A stretch of DNA of 64,000 nt, taken from assembly GCA_048939015.1 (NCBI GenBank), contig JBHLPW010000002.1, positions 64,001 to 128,000 on the forward strand, written 5' to 3'. Source of the DNA: Promethearchaeota archaeon. Its GTDB lineage: Archaea > Asgardarchaeota > Lokiarchaeia > Sigyniarchaeales > SOKP01. The notes below the pieces were generated by a model, which was not told the origin of the DNA, did no database searches, and was given only the letters and a program-made list of their open reading frames with translations. The translations under genes and the position numbers were made by a program. Below are positions 28,361 to 37,851 of this stretch, piece after piece (position 1 is the first letter of the stretch; the number at the start of each line of letters is the position of its first letter).

Positions 28361-31300
28361 TTATATCCGTATTATAGCAAAAGATAATAAATTCGTGTAA
28401 AATTTAGCTAAATTCCTTCTTTTCATCTCATTTCTTAAATCTTCATACTCAAAAGCTAAATCATCCAATTTTTTTTCGATTAATTGAATGTCTCTTAGAT
28501 TGAATTTAATTTCTTCTTCCAATTTTATAATATTTTCTAATTTTTCTTGCTTTTTTGCTGAATCTGTAATTCTTTCGATATTTTGACGCTGTCGTGGACT
28601 CGGAAGTCTGTTTTTATTTCTCTCTAAAGTTCCATTTAATGATTCGCGTTTAAGATTTAATATTCTTTTTTTATGTGAGAATATTTTGTCTTTTTTCTTT
28701 TTTTCTTGATTGAATATCTTTTCATTTAGGATACTAATCTCCTTTTTCCAAGTTGAAGTTTTTGATTTAATTATGGTTTTAGCACTCTGCTGAATATTTA
28801 AAACCAAATTATAATCTAGATTGATTATATTATCATCCTTATGAAACAAAAACATTTCATTGAAACCATTAATATCCAATACAATTTCTGCTAAATTATT
28901 AATTTCATTTCCTTTCATATCCACAATTGTAGAAAGAATTTGGTTTTCAATAATATATCCTTGAAATTTAATAGAGAAAATGAACAGATATAATTGATCG
29001 TCTCTAATTAATCCCATATCAAATTTCTTTTGTAATTCCCTCTTATTTAGATGTAGAATGCTAAAATTTCCTTTAAATTCATCAACTATAATAAAATCTA
29101 AAACGTTGTTAATTAAGGGATGTCCTAAGGCAAAAAAATCTATTTCTTCTCTTTTTCTAGCCAATTCTAAGTTAAAAGTTCCCATATATTCATTTTTAAA
29201 TTTATATTTAGTATTGCTTAATAGATTATCATTCAATTTAATTTTTGATTGAAAGCCAATATCCTGTGAAAATTCTTCTTTCGAATCTCGAATATCTTCA
29301 AGAAGTCCAAATTTTTTATTATTAAGATTGAAAAAGGATTTTATTAAAAGATACAATTCATTATGTGTAAGTTTTACTTCCACACATGATGCTAATGAAC
29401 TAATAAGCCCCTCCATTTGAAATGATCTTTTATCGATCATTAAATCATCCAATTGCATTTCGATTTCTCTTGCCTTTCTTATTTCATCATCAAGAGTTCG
29501 ATAAAACTCATTTAATCTTTTACGCTTTTTCCCATCTTCTTCAGCAAAAATTACACTTTTAAAGTCATTTTCAATTCTACCGATGATTGGTTCCAAGATC
29601 CCTATAGATTCCTCAAAAAGATTTATCCTTTTAATTAAAGCATGAATCACATCGGTTTCTACAGTCCCTTCCAAAAAGATATTATAGATATATATTTCTT
29701 GAGATTCTTGTCCAATTCTATCTAATCTTCCAATTCGTTGTTCAAGCTTCATAGGATTCCATGGAAGGTCATAATTAATAAGAATGCGGCAAAATTGGAA
29801 ATTCCGACCTTCACCACCTATTTCTGTAGAAATTAAAATAGAGGACTTCTTACTACTCCTAAATTTCTCAACAGCCTCATCTTTTTGTATACTATCCAAT
29901 CCACCATAAAACAAATTTACGCTATTTTGTGGGTTATTATTCTCGATTAGGGATTTTAAATGATTTAATGTATCAACAAATTGAGTAAAAATAATAATTT
30001 TTTCATTTGGATTCTGAGAGTAAATATTATTTAATATTTCCAATAGTTTATCTGATTTTGAATCATAAGGTAGCGCTTTTAATTTATTATAAAATTCTTT
30101 CAATATTTTTTCCTGATTGAGAAGGTCAATTTCTTCATCTTTTTTTTCCTTCTGTGCCTTGTTGTTAAAAATCTCATCGACATCTAGAAATTGTTCTTCT
30201 AATTCTGATTCATAATATTCTGGATTTTCTTCTCTTATGATGTTAGTATCAAGAAATATATTTTTGTATCTATCAATCTGGTCAAGTCTCCGTTCAAGAC
30301 TCCTCAGAAATGCATATTTTGAGCTAGTTAATAGTTTTTGGAGAGTTGTTATTACAAAACCAATCCCTACATTTTCTTTACTTATTGAAGAATTATATAT
30401 TTTCGCTAAATAAAGCCGAATTTCATTATACACTTCCAATTCTTCCCTAGTAGGATTTACCATAATTGTATTTACAATTCTTTTATTCAGTGCGTCATCA
30501 GTAAACACATTTTTCTTGCGGTTTCTAATTAGAAATTTCGATAAAGTATGGTCTTCTGCAATTTTACTCAATAAGTTCAATTTAAAGGAGTCACTTTGAA
30601 GTTTTGAAAGAAACTCATTAATATTTCTATTTTTATCTATATATCTAAGATCTTTCAGAAGTTTTATTGTGTTTTTTACTTCAAAATTGTTTAATTTCTC
30701 AATATTATTCAAGTTGGTAGTTAATAAATTAATAAACGGCATATTTTTTCTAAAATGCTCAAAATCACTAAAGTTTTGAAATATTTCAGGATGAATAAGC
30801 TCAATTAGAGAAAATAATTCAAAAGAATGAAGTTGTAGAGGAGTGGCTGTCAATAGTAGCATACTTTCTGATTTTAAACTTAAATTTCTCGCTAATTCAT
30901 AATTAAGAGTTTCTCTATAATTTCCTGTTGTTGCATTAATAAGATATCTTCTTAAATGGTGTGCTTCATCAAAAATAACTATATCCCAAGATATACTTGA
31001 TAGTAATTCGATATATTTTCTATTTCTCGCAAATTGAAGTGAGCAAATAATTAGATTATCATAATAGAAAGGGTTTTGAAGAATTTCTGGGTGTTTATAG
31101 CTCCCTTTTCCTTTTAATTCTTTAATTTTTTTTCCGTCATAAATTGTAAATTTTAAATTAAACTTATTTTGCATTTCAAATTGCCATTGCTTCACTAATG
31201 AGGCAGGGACAATGATTAAAATACGTTCTGCTAAATCCCTTGCCATCATTTCCTTTATATAAATACCTGCTTCAATAGTTTTTCCAAGGCCAACCTCATC

Positions 31301-31957
31301 AGCCAAAATTATTCTTGGAAAGTGTTCTTCAGATAATCTATGAGTGACATTTATCTGATGGGGCATTAATGACAAGCGCGAATTTGTAATGCATTTAATT
31401 TGATACGATTTGTAATAAGAGTAAAATAAATTTGCCCAATATTTAATTAAAAAGTTCTTAGGAGGATCAATTAATTGTTTTGAAATCAGATTTTCTAAAG
31501 GCGTTTTGTATTTAGAATAAATTTCATGCTCAAAAATCTGAGATACTTTACCATTTTCCATTAGAAATTCATAGGAAATTACTCCATCTTTAACAAGAAA
31601 GTCCTTAATATTGATGTACCCTATTCCTTGTTTAGTAACGACCTTATCATTAAATTCATAGACATAGTGAATAAGATCAATGGGATGGATAATTTTAACT
31701 ACATTATTTTTAAAAGACACCTTGAATTTAGTTATGAAGAAGGTATCATCCTCGTCTAAAGATTTTGAAGCTGGTATTTCTACCCTCTTTATTACACGCC
31801 CTATTCCTAAATCAGTATTTAACCTATATATGACTTGATTACCTACATTAAACTTTTGACCTTGACAGTAGATATTAAAACATTTAGAGTATTTCGTTTC
31901 TATTTCCTTTCCACAAAAGGGGCAGTTAAAATTCAGAGGATTTATCTTTGAAACCAT
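28361..31957 (-). CDS. SNF2-family helicase/ATPase (RapA/HepA-like)
   Basis: LADEVGLGKT, DEAHH, LLTATPLQ, GGEGRNFQ, YDLPWNPMKLEQRIGRLDRIGQ; Cys-containing N-terminus and coiled-coil C-terminus. Confidence 0.92.
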   Translation of the reverse strand: MVSKINPLNFNCPFCGKEIETKYSKCFNIYCQGQKFNVGNQVIYRLNTDLGIGRVIKRVEIPASKSLDEDDTFFITKFKVSFKNNVVKIIHPIDLIHYVYEFNDKVVTKQGIGYINIKDFLVKDGVISYEFLMENGKVSQIFEHEIYSKYKTPLENLISKQLIDPPKNFLIKYWANLFYSYYKSYQIKCITNSRLSLMPHQINVTHRLSEEHFPRIILADEVGLGKTIEAGIYIKEMMARDLAERILIIVPASLVKQWQFEMQNKFNLKFTIYDGKKIKELKGKGSYKHPEILQNPFYYDNLIICSLQFARNRKYIELLSSISWDIVIFDEAHHLRRYLINATTGNYRETLNYELARNLSLKSESMLLLTATPLQLHSFELFSLIELIHPEIFQNFSDFEHFRKNMPFINLLTTNLNNIEKLNNFEVKNTIKLLKDLRYIDKNRNINEFLSKLQSDSFKLNLLSKIAEDHTLSKFLIRNRKKNVFTDDALNKRIVNTIMVNPTREELEVYNEIRLYLAKIYNSSISKENVGIGFVITTLQKLLTSSKYAFLRSLERRLDQIDRYKNIFLDTNIIREENPEYYESELEEQFLDVDEIFNNKAQKEKKDEEIDLLNQEKILKEFYNKLKALPYDSKSDKLLEILNNIYSQNPNEKIIIFTQFVDTLNHLKSLIENNNPQNSVNLFYGGLDSIQKDEAVEKFRSSKKSSILISTEIGGEGRNFQFCRILINYDLPWNPMKLEQRIGRLDRIGQESQEIYIYNIFLEGTVETDVIHALIKRINLFEESIGILEPIIGRIENDFKSVIFAEEDGKKRKRLNEFYRTLDDEIRKAREIEMQLDDLMIDKRSFQMEGLISSLASCVEVKLTHNELYLLIKSFFNLNNKKFGLLEDIRDSKEEFSQDIGFQSKIKLNDNLLSNTKYKFKNEYMGTFNLELARKREEIDFFALGHPLINNVLDFIIVDEFKGNFSILHLNKRELQKKFDMGLIRDDQLYLFIFSIKFQGYIIENQILSTIVDMKGNEINNLAEIVLDINGFNEMFLFHKDDNIINLDYNLVLNIQQSAKTIIKSKTSTWKKEISILNEKIFNQEKKKKDKIFSHKKRILNLKRESLNGTLERNKNRLPSPRQRQNIERITDSAKKQEKLENIIKLEEEIKFNLRDIQLIEKKLDDLAFEYEDLRNEMKRRNLAKFYTNLLSFAIIRI

Positions 31958-32026
31958 TATCTTTATATTGTATTTAATATGAAGAAAAGTAAAAATTTTA
32001 GCATTTTGAACTAAAAGTGATAATAA

Positions 32027-32887
32027 ATGTCAGATGCAGGAATTGAACCGACATATATTGGTAAAAATGAAAATCTTATCTTTATTGTTCCTAAAGAACT
32101 CTTCAATATGAGTTTAGGACCAGCAGAAGTTTTAGATCGAGAAACTGCGAAATTATTCAGTAAGTATCTTAGAGGAACATTTAAAGGTTTCAACGAAGCT
32201 AGGAAGACTAAATATGGAAATGAGAATAATAAAAGAACCGAGACAATACCAGAGTTTTGGGAGGAATTTGAAAAAAAAGCTAAAGAACTTAACGTGGATC
32301 TCATAGGATACACACCTGTAAATGAAAATTACATTTTTAAAGGATTAAAAGTATATGGTAAAAATGCTATTATCCTCGGAATGGAAATGAAATGGGATAA
32401 AATCAAAAAAGCTCCAGGAGCTATCTGCGAAATAGAGGTTTTTCGAGTTTATAAAGTATTAGGAGATGTTACAATTGAATTAGCAGAATACATGAAAGAG
32501 CAAGGTTATAAAAGCGAAGCACACCATCCATTTGGAGGGAAATTGCTATATGGTCCTCATGCGACGGCAGCAAATTTGGGAATTATGGGTAGAAATGGAT
32601 TAATTCTTACACCTGAGTTTGGTCCTCGACAGAGATGGGGCATAATTACTACCGATGCTGAAATCCCTGAAACTAAAGAGAGAGATTTTAATGAATTAAA
32701 AGAGTTCTGTGAAAAATGTGGTGCTTGTGTGAGAGAATGTAAAGGTGGTTCTGTTCTAGAAACTCCAATTAAAAAAGAAAATGGTGTTATCACCCATATA
32801 GACCGCTCTAAATGCATTCAAAGCATCTTGGATAATAATTATTGTAGTTATTGCCTAAAGATATGCATGCCCTCAAGGCATGACTAA
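32027..32887 (+). CDS. Reductive dehalogenase / epoxyqueuosine reductase (QueG)-like B12, Fe-S protein
   Basis: A..ANLG.MGRNGLILTPEFGPRQRW...TD; FCEKCGACVREC and C...C..C..IC clusters. Confidence 0.78.
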   Translation: MSDAGIEPTYIGKNENLIFIVPKELFNMSLGPAEVLDRETAKLFSKYLRGTFKGFNEARKTKYGNENNKRTETIPEFWEEFEKKAKELNVDLIGYTPVNENYIFKGLKVYGKNAIILGMEMKWDKIKKAPGAICEIEVFRVYKVLGDVTIELAEYMKEQGYKSEAHHPFGGKLLYGPHATAANLGIMGRNGLILTPEFGPRQRWGIITTDAEIPETKERDFNELKEFCEKCGACVRECKGGSVLETPIKKENGVITHIDRSKCIQSILDNNYCSYCLKICMPSRHD

Positions 32888-32991
32888 AAACTATTTTATA
32901 TAAATTTTTTATAATGAAAATATAATAGTTATATTCATATTATAACAAGCTTTTTAATCAATTATAAGAAACTGAATTTTCTTGACTTAAA

Positions 32992-35757
32992 ATGACTGAA
33001 TCTGATAAAAAAACAGCAGAGGATAAAATCACAGGAGCTGCCTCAATAGAGTTACTTAAAAAAGTAAATACTGCTGCAAATTATTGTTATAATTGTAATC
33101 GTTGTAATAATGTATGCCCAACAGCTTTTCTTGGCATTTTTTACCCACGAAGCTTAATTACTGATTTGATTTTCGAAACTCCAGAAGTAGCTTTGAAAAA
33201 CAACGATATATGGAAATGCCTTACATGCGGGCTATGTTCAATTTACTGTCCAATGACAAAAGAAAAGACAGGAGTCAATTTTACTCAAATTATCAAGGAT
33301 CTACGCTCTCTTGCTTCAGAGTATGAACCATTACAAGAAGGATTATTAAGCTGTAATCATGAGAGAGTATATTCAAGTTTACCAAAACTAATGGCAGAGG
33401 ATAAAATAAAATTTACCAACCGATTAGGATTTCTCGATGGAACTAGATTAAAAGTAAAAGATAAAGGAGAAATTGGGTATTTTATGGGATGTGTTCCCTT
33501 CTTGACAGGAACAGCACCATGTGTTGTTGGATGCCCTGCAGGGGTTGATGTTCAAGGATATGTATCACTTATAGCAGAAGGAAAATATCAAGAAGCTCTC
33601 GATTTGATAAGAGAAACAAATCCATTACCATATTTATGTGGAAGAATTTGTACTGCTCAATGTGCCTTAAATTGCAATCGTCAGAATTTTGATGATCCTG
33701 TAGCGATACGTGAACTCAAACGGTTTGTATGTGATTGGGAAGCAGAACATCCTAATCAAAGTAAGATTAAACCAGTACCTCAAAATAAGGAAACGGTTGC
33801 AATTATCGGTGCTGGACCTGGTGGATTATCAGCCGCATATTTTCTCGCAAGAATGGGATATAAACCGACAATTTTTGAGAAAGGTGATAAAGCTGGAGGT
33901 GTAGTACGATATGGTGTTCCACAATACAGGCTTTCTGATGAAGCTCTTGATCATGATATTGACTTTATCAAGAATATGGGTGTAGAAATCGTTTTGAATA
34001 AAGAGTTCGGTCCAAATTTCACCTTAAAAGATATAAGGGATCAAGGTTTTAAAGCGGTTTTCATTGCTATAGGTTTATATGTACCCAAGACTCTGAGACT
34101 CGAAGGAGAAGATTTACCTAATGTGGATGTTGCACTTGATTTTCTTTTAGAACGAAAATATGGTTGTTCTGAAAATCCAGAAGAATTTAAAGGCAAAACT
34201 TTTGGTATCATTGGAGGGGGTGCTGTAGCTGTGGACGTCGGAGAAACAGTACTTCGATTGGGGGCTACTAAAGTTGATCTTGTTGATATTTTAACTGAAG
34301 AGGCTTTGAAAACTGTTCTTGATGACTTACATGAAGCTGAAAGAGAAGTCATGGAATATCATTTTAAAACTTCAACAGCTAAGATTACCCAAGAACCTGA
34401 TGGTAAATTAGCATTAAATTGTTATAAAATTGAATGGGGTGACCCAGATCCAGAAACAGGAAGAAGACCCTTAAATAAAATTGAAGATTCAGATTTTAAG
34501 ATTGTTGTTGACAACATTGTTATTGCTATTGGTCAAGGACTTGATCCAGAACCATTAAATGCCGCTACTAATAATCAATTAAAAATTGAAAGAGGTAAAA
34601 TTGTAGTAGATGACCTTACTTATGAAACTGGTATTCCAGGTGTTTTTGTTGGTGGTGATTTAATTTTTAATTCTTTAATGTGTGCCGTTGATGCTATAGG
34701 AAATGGAAGAGAAGCAGCATTCACAATAGATCGTTATCTCCGAGGTATTGATTTAAAAGAAGGAAGGATAAGAAAGAATGATTTAAAGCGATCGACAATA
34801 CCCAAGAAATATATTCAAACACAATCATGTCAAGATATGAATTTTATGCCAGGTAATGAAAGACTTGTATGCTTTGATGAAATGGAATTGGGTTTTACTG
34901 AAGAACAAGCAAAAAGAGAAGCAAATCGATGTTTAAACTGTAATCTATGCTGTAATTCTGACCAAAAACCAGAAGATTTTGAAAAAGCACTAAATGATTC
35001 GGGAGTTATGATATGTGATTATGGAAGTCAAGATAACTGGAGTTCTATAAATGCTCCTAATTATTTAGAAATCCCAAAAAGCATAATTGGAATCTTAAAC
35101 CAGAATGATATCACTCCAGTTGTATTGTCTGAAGAAAAATGTTGCGGTCACGACAGCATTTGGCGTGGTGATATTGAGAGCTTCAAAAAACTTGCTGAAT
35201 ATAACGTAAAACTATTTAAAGATGCAGGAGTTAAGACCCTAATCTTTGGTTGTGCTGAAGGATATTATACTTGGAAATATGAATATAACAATTTATTTAA
35301 GGGAAAGGATGAATTCGATTTTGAGATTTATCACATTACTGAGTATATTTTAAAAGAAAACCTATTAGAAACTTTAACATTTCCCAAACTAATTGATAAA
35401 ATTAAAGTGACTTACCATGACCCTTGTAGACTTGGACGAATGAGTAAAGTATTTGATGCTCCTCGTGAAGTGTTGAATCAAATACCATCCCTTGAGTTAG
35501 TTGAAATGGAAGATTCTAAAGAAGACGCAGAGTGTTGTGGAGTTAATGCATATATTTCATGCAACCAAGATTCAAAAAAATTACAGGAGAAAAAAATATT
35601 ACAGGCAATCGAAACTGGGGCGGAATATCTTATTACTGCTTGCCCTAAATGTATAGCTCATTTGAATTGTTACCTAAACGAAAATAGAGAATTAAAAGAT
35701 AAAATAAAGGTTATGGATTTCGTAAGTTTTCTCGGTAAATTACTCTTTTTACTGTAA
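32992..35757 (+). CDS. Multidomain oxidoreductase: HdrC-like 2x[4Fe-4S] + inserted GltD-like FAD/NAD(P)H module + HdrD/HdrB-type CCG domains
   Basis: CYNCNRCNNVCP and WKCLTCGLCSIYCP; YFMGC; APC..GCP, CGRIC...C...C.R, IIGAGPGGL, EANRCLNC; EKCCGH, TYHDPCRLGR, CCG, TACPKC. Confidence 0.9.
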   Translation: MTESDKKTAEDKITGAASIELLKKVNTAANYCYNCNRCNNVCPTAFLGIFYPRSLITDLIFETPEVALKNNDIWKCLTCGLCSIYCPMTKEKTGVNFTQIIKDLRSLASEYEPLQEGLLSCNHERVYSSLPKLMAEDKIKFTNRLGFLDGTRLKVKDKGEIGYFMGCVPFLTGTAPCVVGCPAGVDVQGYVSLIAEGKYQEALDLIRETNPLPYLCGRICTAQCALNCNRQNFDDPVAIRELKRFVCDWEAEHPNQSKIKPVPQNKETVAIIGAGPGGLSAAYFLARMGYKPTIFEKGDKAGGVVRYGVPQYRLSDEALDHDIDFIKNMGVEIVLNKEFGPNFTLKDIRDQGFKAVFIAIGLYVPKTLRLEGEDLPNVDVALDFLLERKYGCSENPEEFKGKTFGIIGGGAVAVDVGETVLRLGATKVDLVDILTEEALKTVLDDLHEAEREVMEYHFKTSTAKITQEPDGKLALNCYKIEWGDPDPETGRRPLNKIEDSDFKIVVDNIVIAIGQGLDPEPLNAATNNQLKIERGKIVVDDLTYETGIPGVFVGGDLIFNSLMCAVDAIGNGREAAFTIDRYLRGIDLKEGRIRKNDLKRSTIPKKYIQTQSCQDMNFMPGNERLVCFDEMELGFTEEQAKREANRCLNCNLCCNSDQKPEDFEKALNDSGVMICDYGSQDNWSSINAPNYLEIPKSIIGILNQNDITPVVLSEEKCCGHDSIWRGDIESFKKLAEYNVKLFKDAGVKTLIFGCAEGYYTWKYEYNNLFKGKDEFDFEIYHITEYILKENLLETLTFPKLIDKIKVTYHDPCRLGRMSKVFDAPREVLNQIPSLELVEMEDSKEDAECCGVNAYISCNQDSKKLQEKKILQAIETGAEYLITACPKCIAHLNCYLNENRELKDKIKVMDFVSFLGKLLFLL

Positions 35758-35877
35758 TTATTATATTCTTTCTCTATTTTAACTAAAATCCTTTATTCTC
35801 TAAGTTTTATATATAAACTTAAAAAGAATAATCTCTTACTAAAAAGTTAATGGGCAGTTTTCAATAAAATATGAATT

Positions 35878-37683
35878 TTGATAATTATGAGTGAAAAAGA
35901 AATTGCCTGGGATTTAAGTGAGATTTTTGCTGGTTGTGATGATCCAAAAATTTCAGAATCAATGGATGCTCTTTTGAAAGATACGGATGAGATTGTCAAG
36001 GGTTATAGGGGCAAAATTAACACAAACAGTTTTTCTGCTCAAAATTTATTTAACCTTTTAAAAAAACAAGAAAAAATTCTTGCAGATATGGAAGAATTAA
36101 AGGTTTTTTCAGTCAATTTATTCAATGCAAATATGACAGTTCCAGAAACCGAAAATCTTTATAACAAATTTAAGGATTTTCATAGTACTATTTTGAAAAA
36201 ATTAGCATTTCTAGAAATTGAAATTGGAAAACTTATCAATGAAAACCCACAGTTGATAGATGATGAGTCTCTTATTAATTACAAAAATTATCTTTTTAAA
36301 GTTAAAAGAAGATTTCCGTTCAAACTGTCAGTAAAAGAAGAAAAGTTAATTTTGGAAAAAGATCAGTACGGAGTTATCGCATGGGAGCAGTTAAGAGATT
36401 CTTGGATAAGTAGTAGAAAATTTAAAGTCATCGTAGAAGGGGAAGAAAAAATAATATCGTTTAGTGATTTCATGCCATTGGCGATGCATCCTGATAGGGA
36501 AACAAGATTGTCCGTATTTAAATCAGTCTCTGATTTGCTAGGAAAAGATGAAAGCATAATATCCTCTGCATTACGAAATATATGCAGTGATTGGGTGAAA
36601 ATGGTGAATCTTAGAAATTATAACAGCCATATGCATCAAAGTCTTATAGATTTTAATACAAAACAGAATATAATCGACAATTTGATGAAGACAATAGAAG
36701 AAAATATACATATATATCATCGATTCCTAAAAATTAAAGCTAAACTCTTAAATCTTCCAAAATTGCATGGTGCTGACATCTGGGGAAGACTTCCATTTAA
36801 AAAAAAATATACTTGGGAAGAAACAAAAGAACTTACTATTCGATTATTCAGTAATTTCGATAAAGAATTTGGAGAAATTGTCTCAGATATCTTTGAAAGA
36901 CACCATATTGACGCTAGTACAAGAGAAGGTAAATCCGGAGGAGCCTACTGTTCACCATGGTTTAATGGAAGAACAGTATTTATTCTTACGTCATTCAAAG
37001 GCTTAATAAATGACGTTCTTCCTCTCGCTCATGAATTAGGGCACGGAATTCATTGCTATTTATCTTCTCGTGAGCAAACATTTATAAATTATATTGCTGA
37101 AAAATTATTAGCAGAATCAGCTTCAAATTTTGGAGAGTTATTATTAGCAGAACATTTACTCAAATTTGCAGAATCATCTAAAGATAAAATAACAATTTTA
37201 ACTAATGAATTAACAGGAACTGGAAGTGTATTATTCTATGTGAGTGCAAGAATGTGGTTTGAGCAGAGTCTTTATGATGCTATTCAGAAAGGTGAATTCT
37301 TAGATGGGAATACTATCTCAGAATATTGGTGTTCTGCAAGAGATAAAATATTTGGAGATTCTGTTGATTGGTTTGATGAGATGAAATGGCTGTGGATGAC
37401 GACACCTCATTATTTTTTTTCCGATACTCGTTTTTATAACTACCCTTACGTATATGGTAAGCTTTTTGTTTATGCATTATACAAGAGTTATAAAAATGAA
37501 GGTGAATCATTCATTCCTAAATTTAAAAAGCTATTAAGTTTAGGAGACAGTTTATCTCCTGAAGAGCTAGGAAAAATTGTAGGTATGGATGTAACAAAAC
37601 CTGACTTTTGGCAACTTGGGATAAAACAATTTGAGGAATTTGTAGAGGAGCTAGAAAAACTCATAGAATTACCAGGCGAATGA
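35878..37683 (+). CDS. pepF: Oligoendopeptidase F (M3B peptidase)
   Basis: WDLS.IF, GK.GGAYC, LAHELGHG.H, AESAS.F.E, FYNYPY; probable start ATG 35887. Confidence 0.9.
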   Translation: MIIMSEKEIAWDLSEIFAGCDDPKISESMDALLKDTDEIVKGYRGKINTNSFSAQNLFNLLKKQEKILADMEELKVFSVNLFNANMTVPETENLYNKFKDFHSTILKKLAFLEIEIGKLINENPQLIDDESLINYKNYLFKVKRRFPFKLSVKEEKLILEKDQYGVIAWEQLRDSWISSRKFKVIVEGEEKIISFSDFMPLAMHPDRETRLSVFKSVSDLLGKDESIISSALRNICSDWVKMVNLRNYNSHMHQSLIDFNTKQNIIDNLMKTIEENIHIYHRFLKIKAKLLNLPKLHGADIWGRLPFKKKYTWEETKELTIRLFSNFDKEFGEIVSDIFERHHIDASTREGKSGGAYCSPWFNGRTVFILTSFKGLINDVLPLAHELGHGIHCYLSSREQTFINYIAEKLLAESASNFGELLLAEHLLKFAESSKDKITILTNELTGTGSVLFYVSARMWFEQSLYDAIQKGEFLDGNTISEYWCSARDKIFGDSVDWFDEMKWLWMTTPHYFFSDTRFYNYPYVYGKLFVYALYKSYKNEGESFIPKFKKLLSLGDSLSPEELGKIVGMDVTKPDFWQLGIKQFEEFVEELEKLIELPGE

Positions 37684-37851
37684 AGCTAACTAAAATAAGG
37701 TTTAAATATTCAATTAGTGGTAAATTGAAGTTTTTGGTGGTAGTTTTAAATTTTAAAGAGTAAAAACAACCAATACTCTTTTTAAATGTTTTTATTCTAA
37801 TTGATATAATAGATTATATAAATCTCAATTCACTTCTGGTGAAAAGATAAA

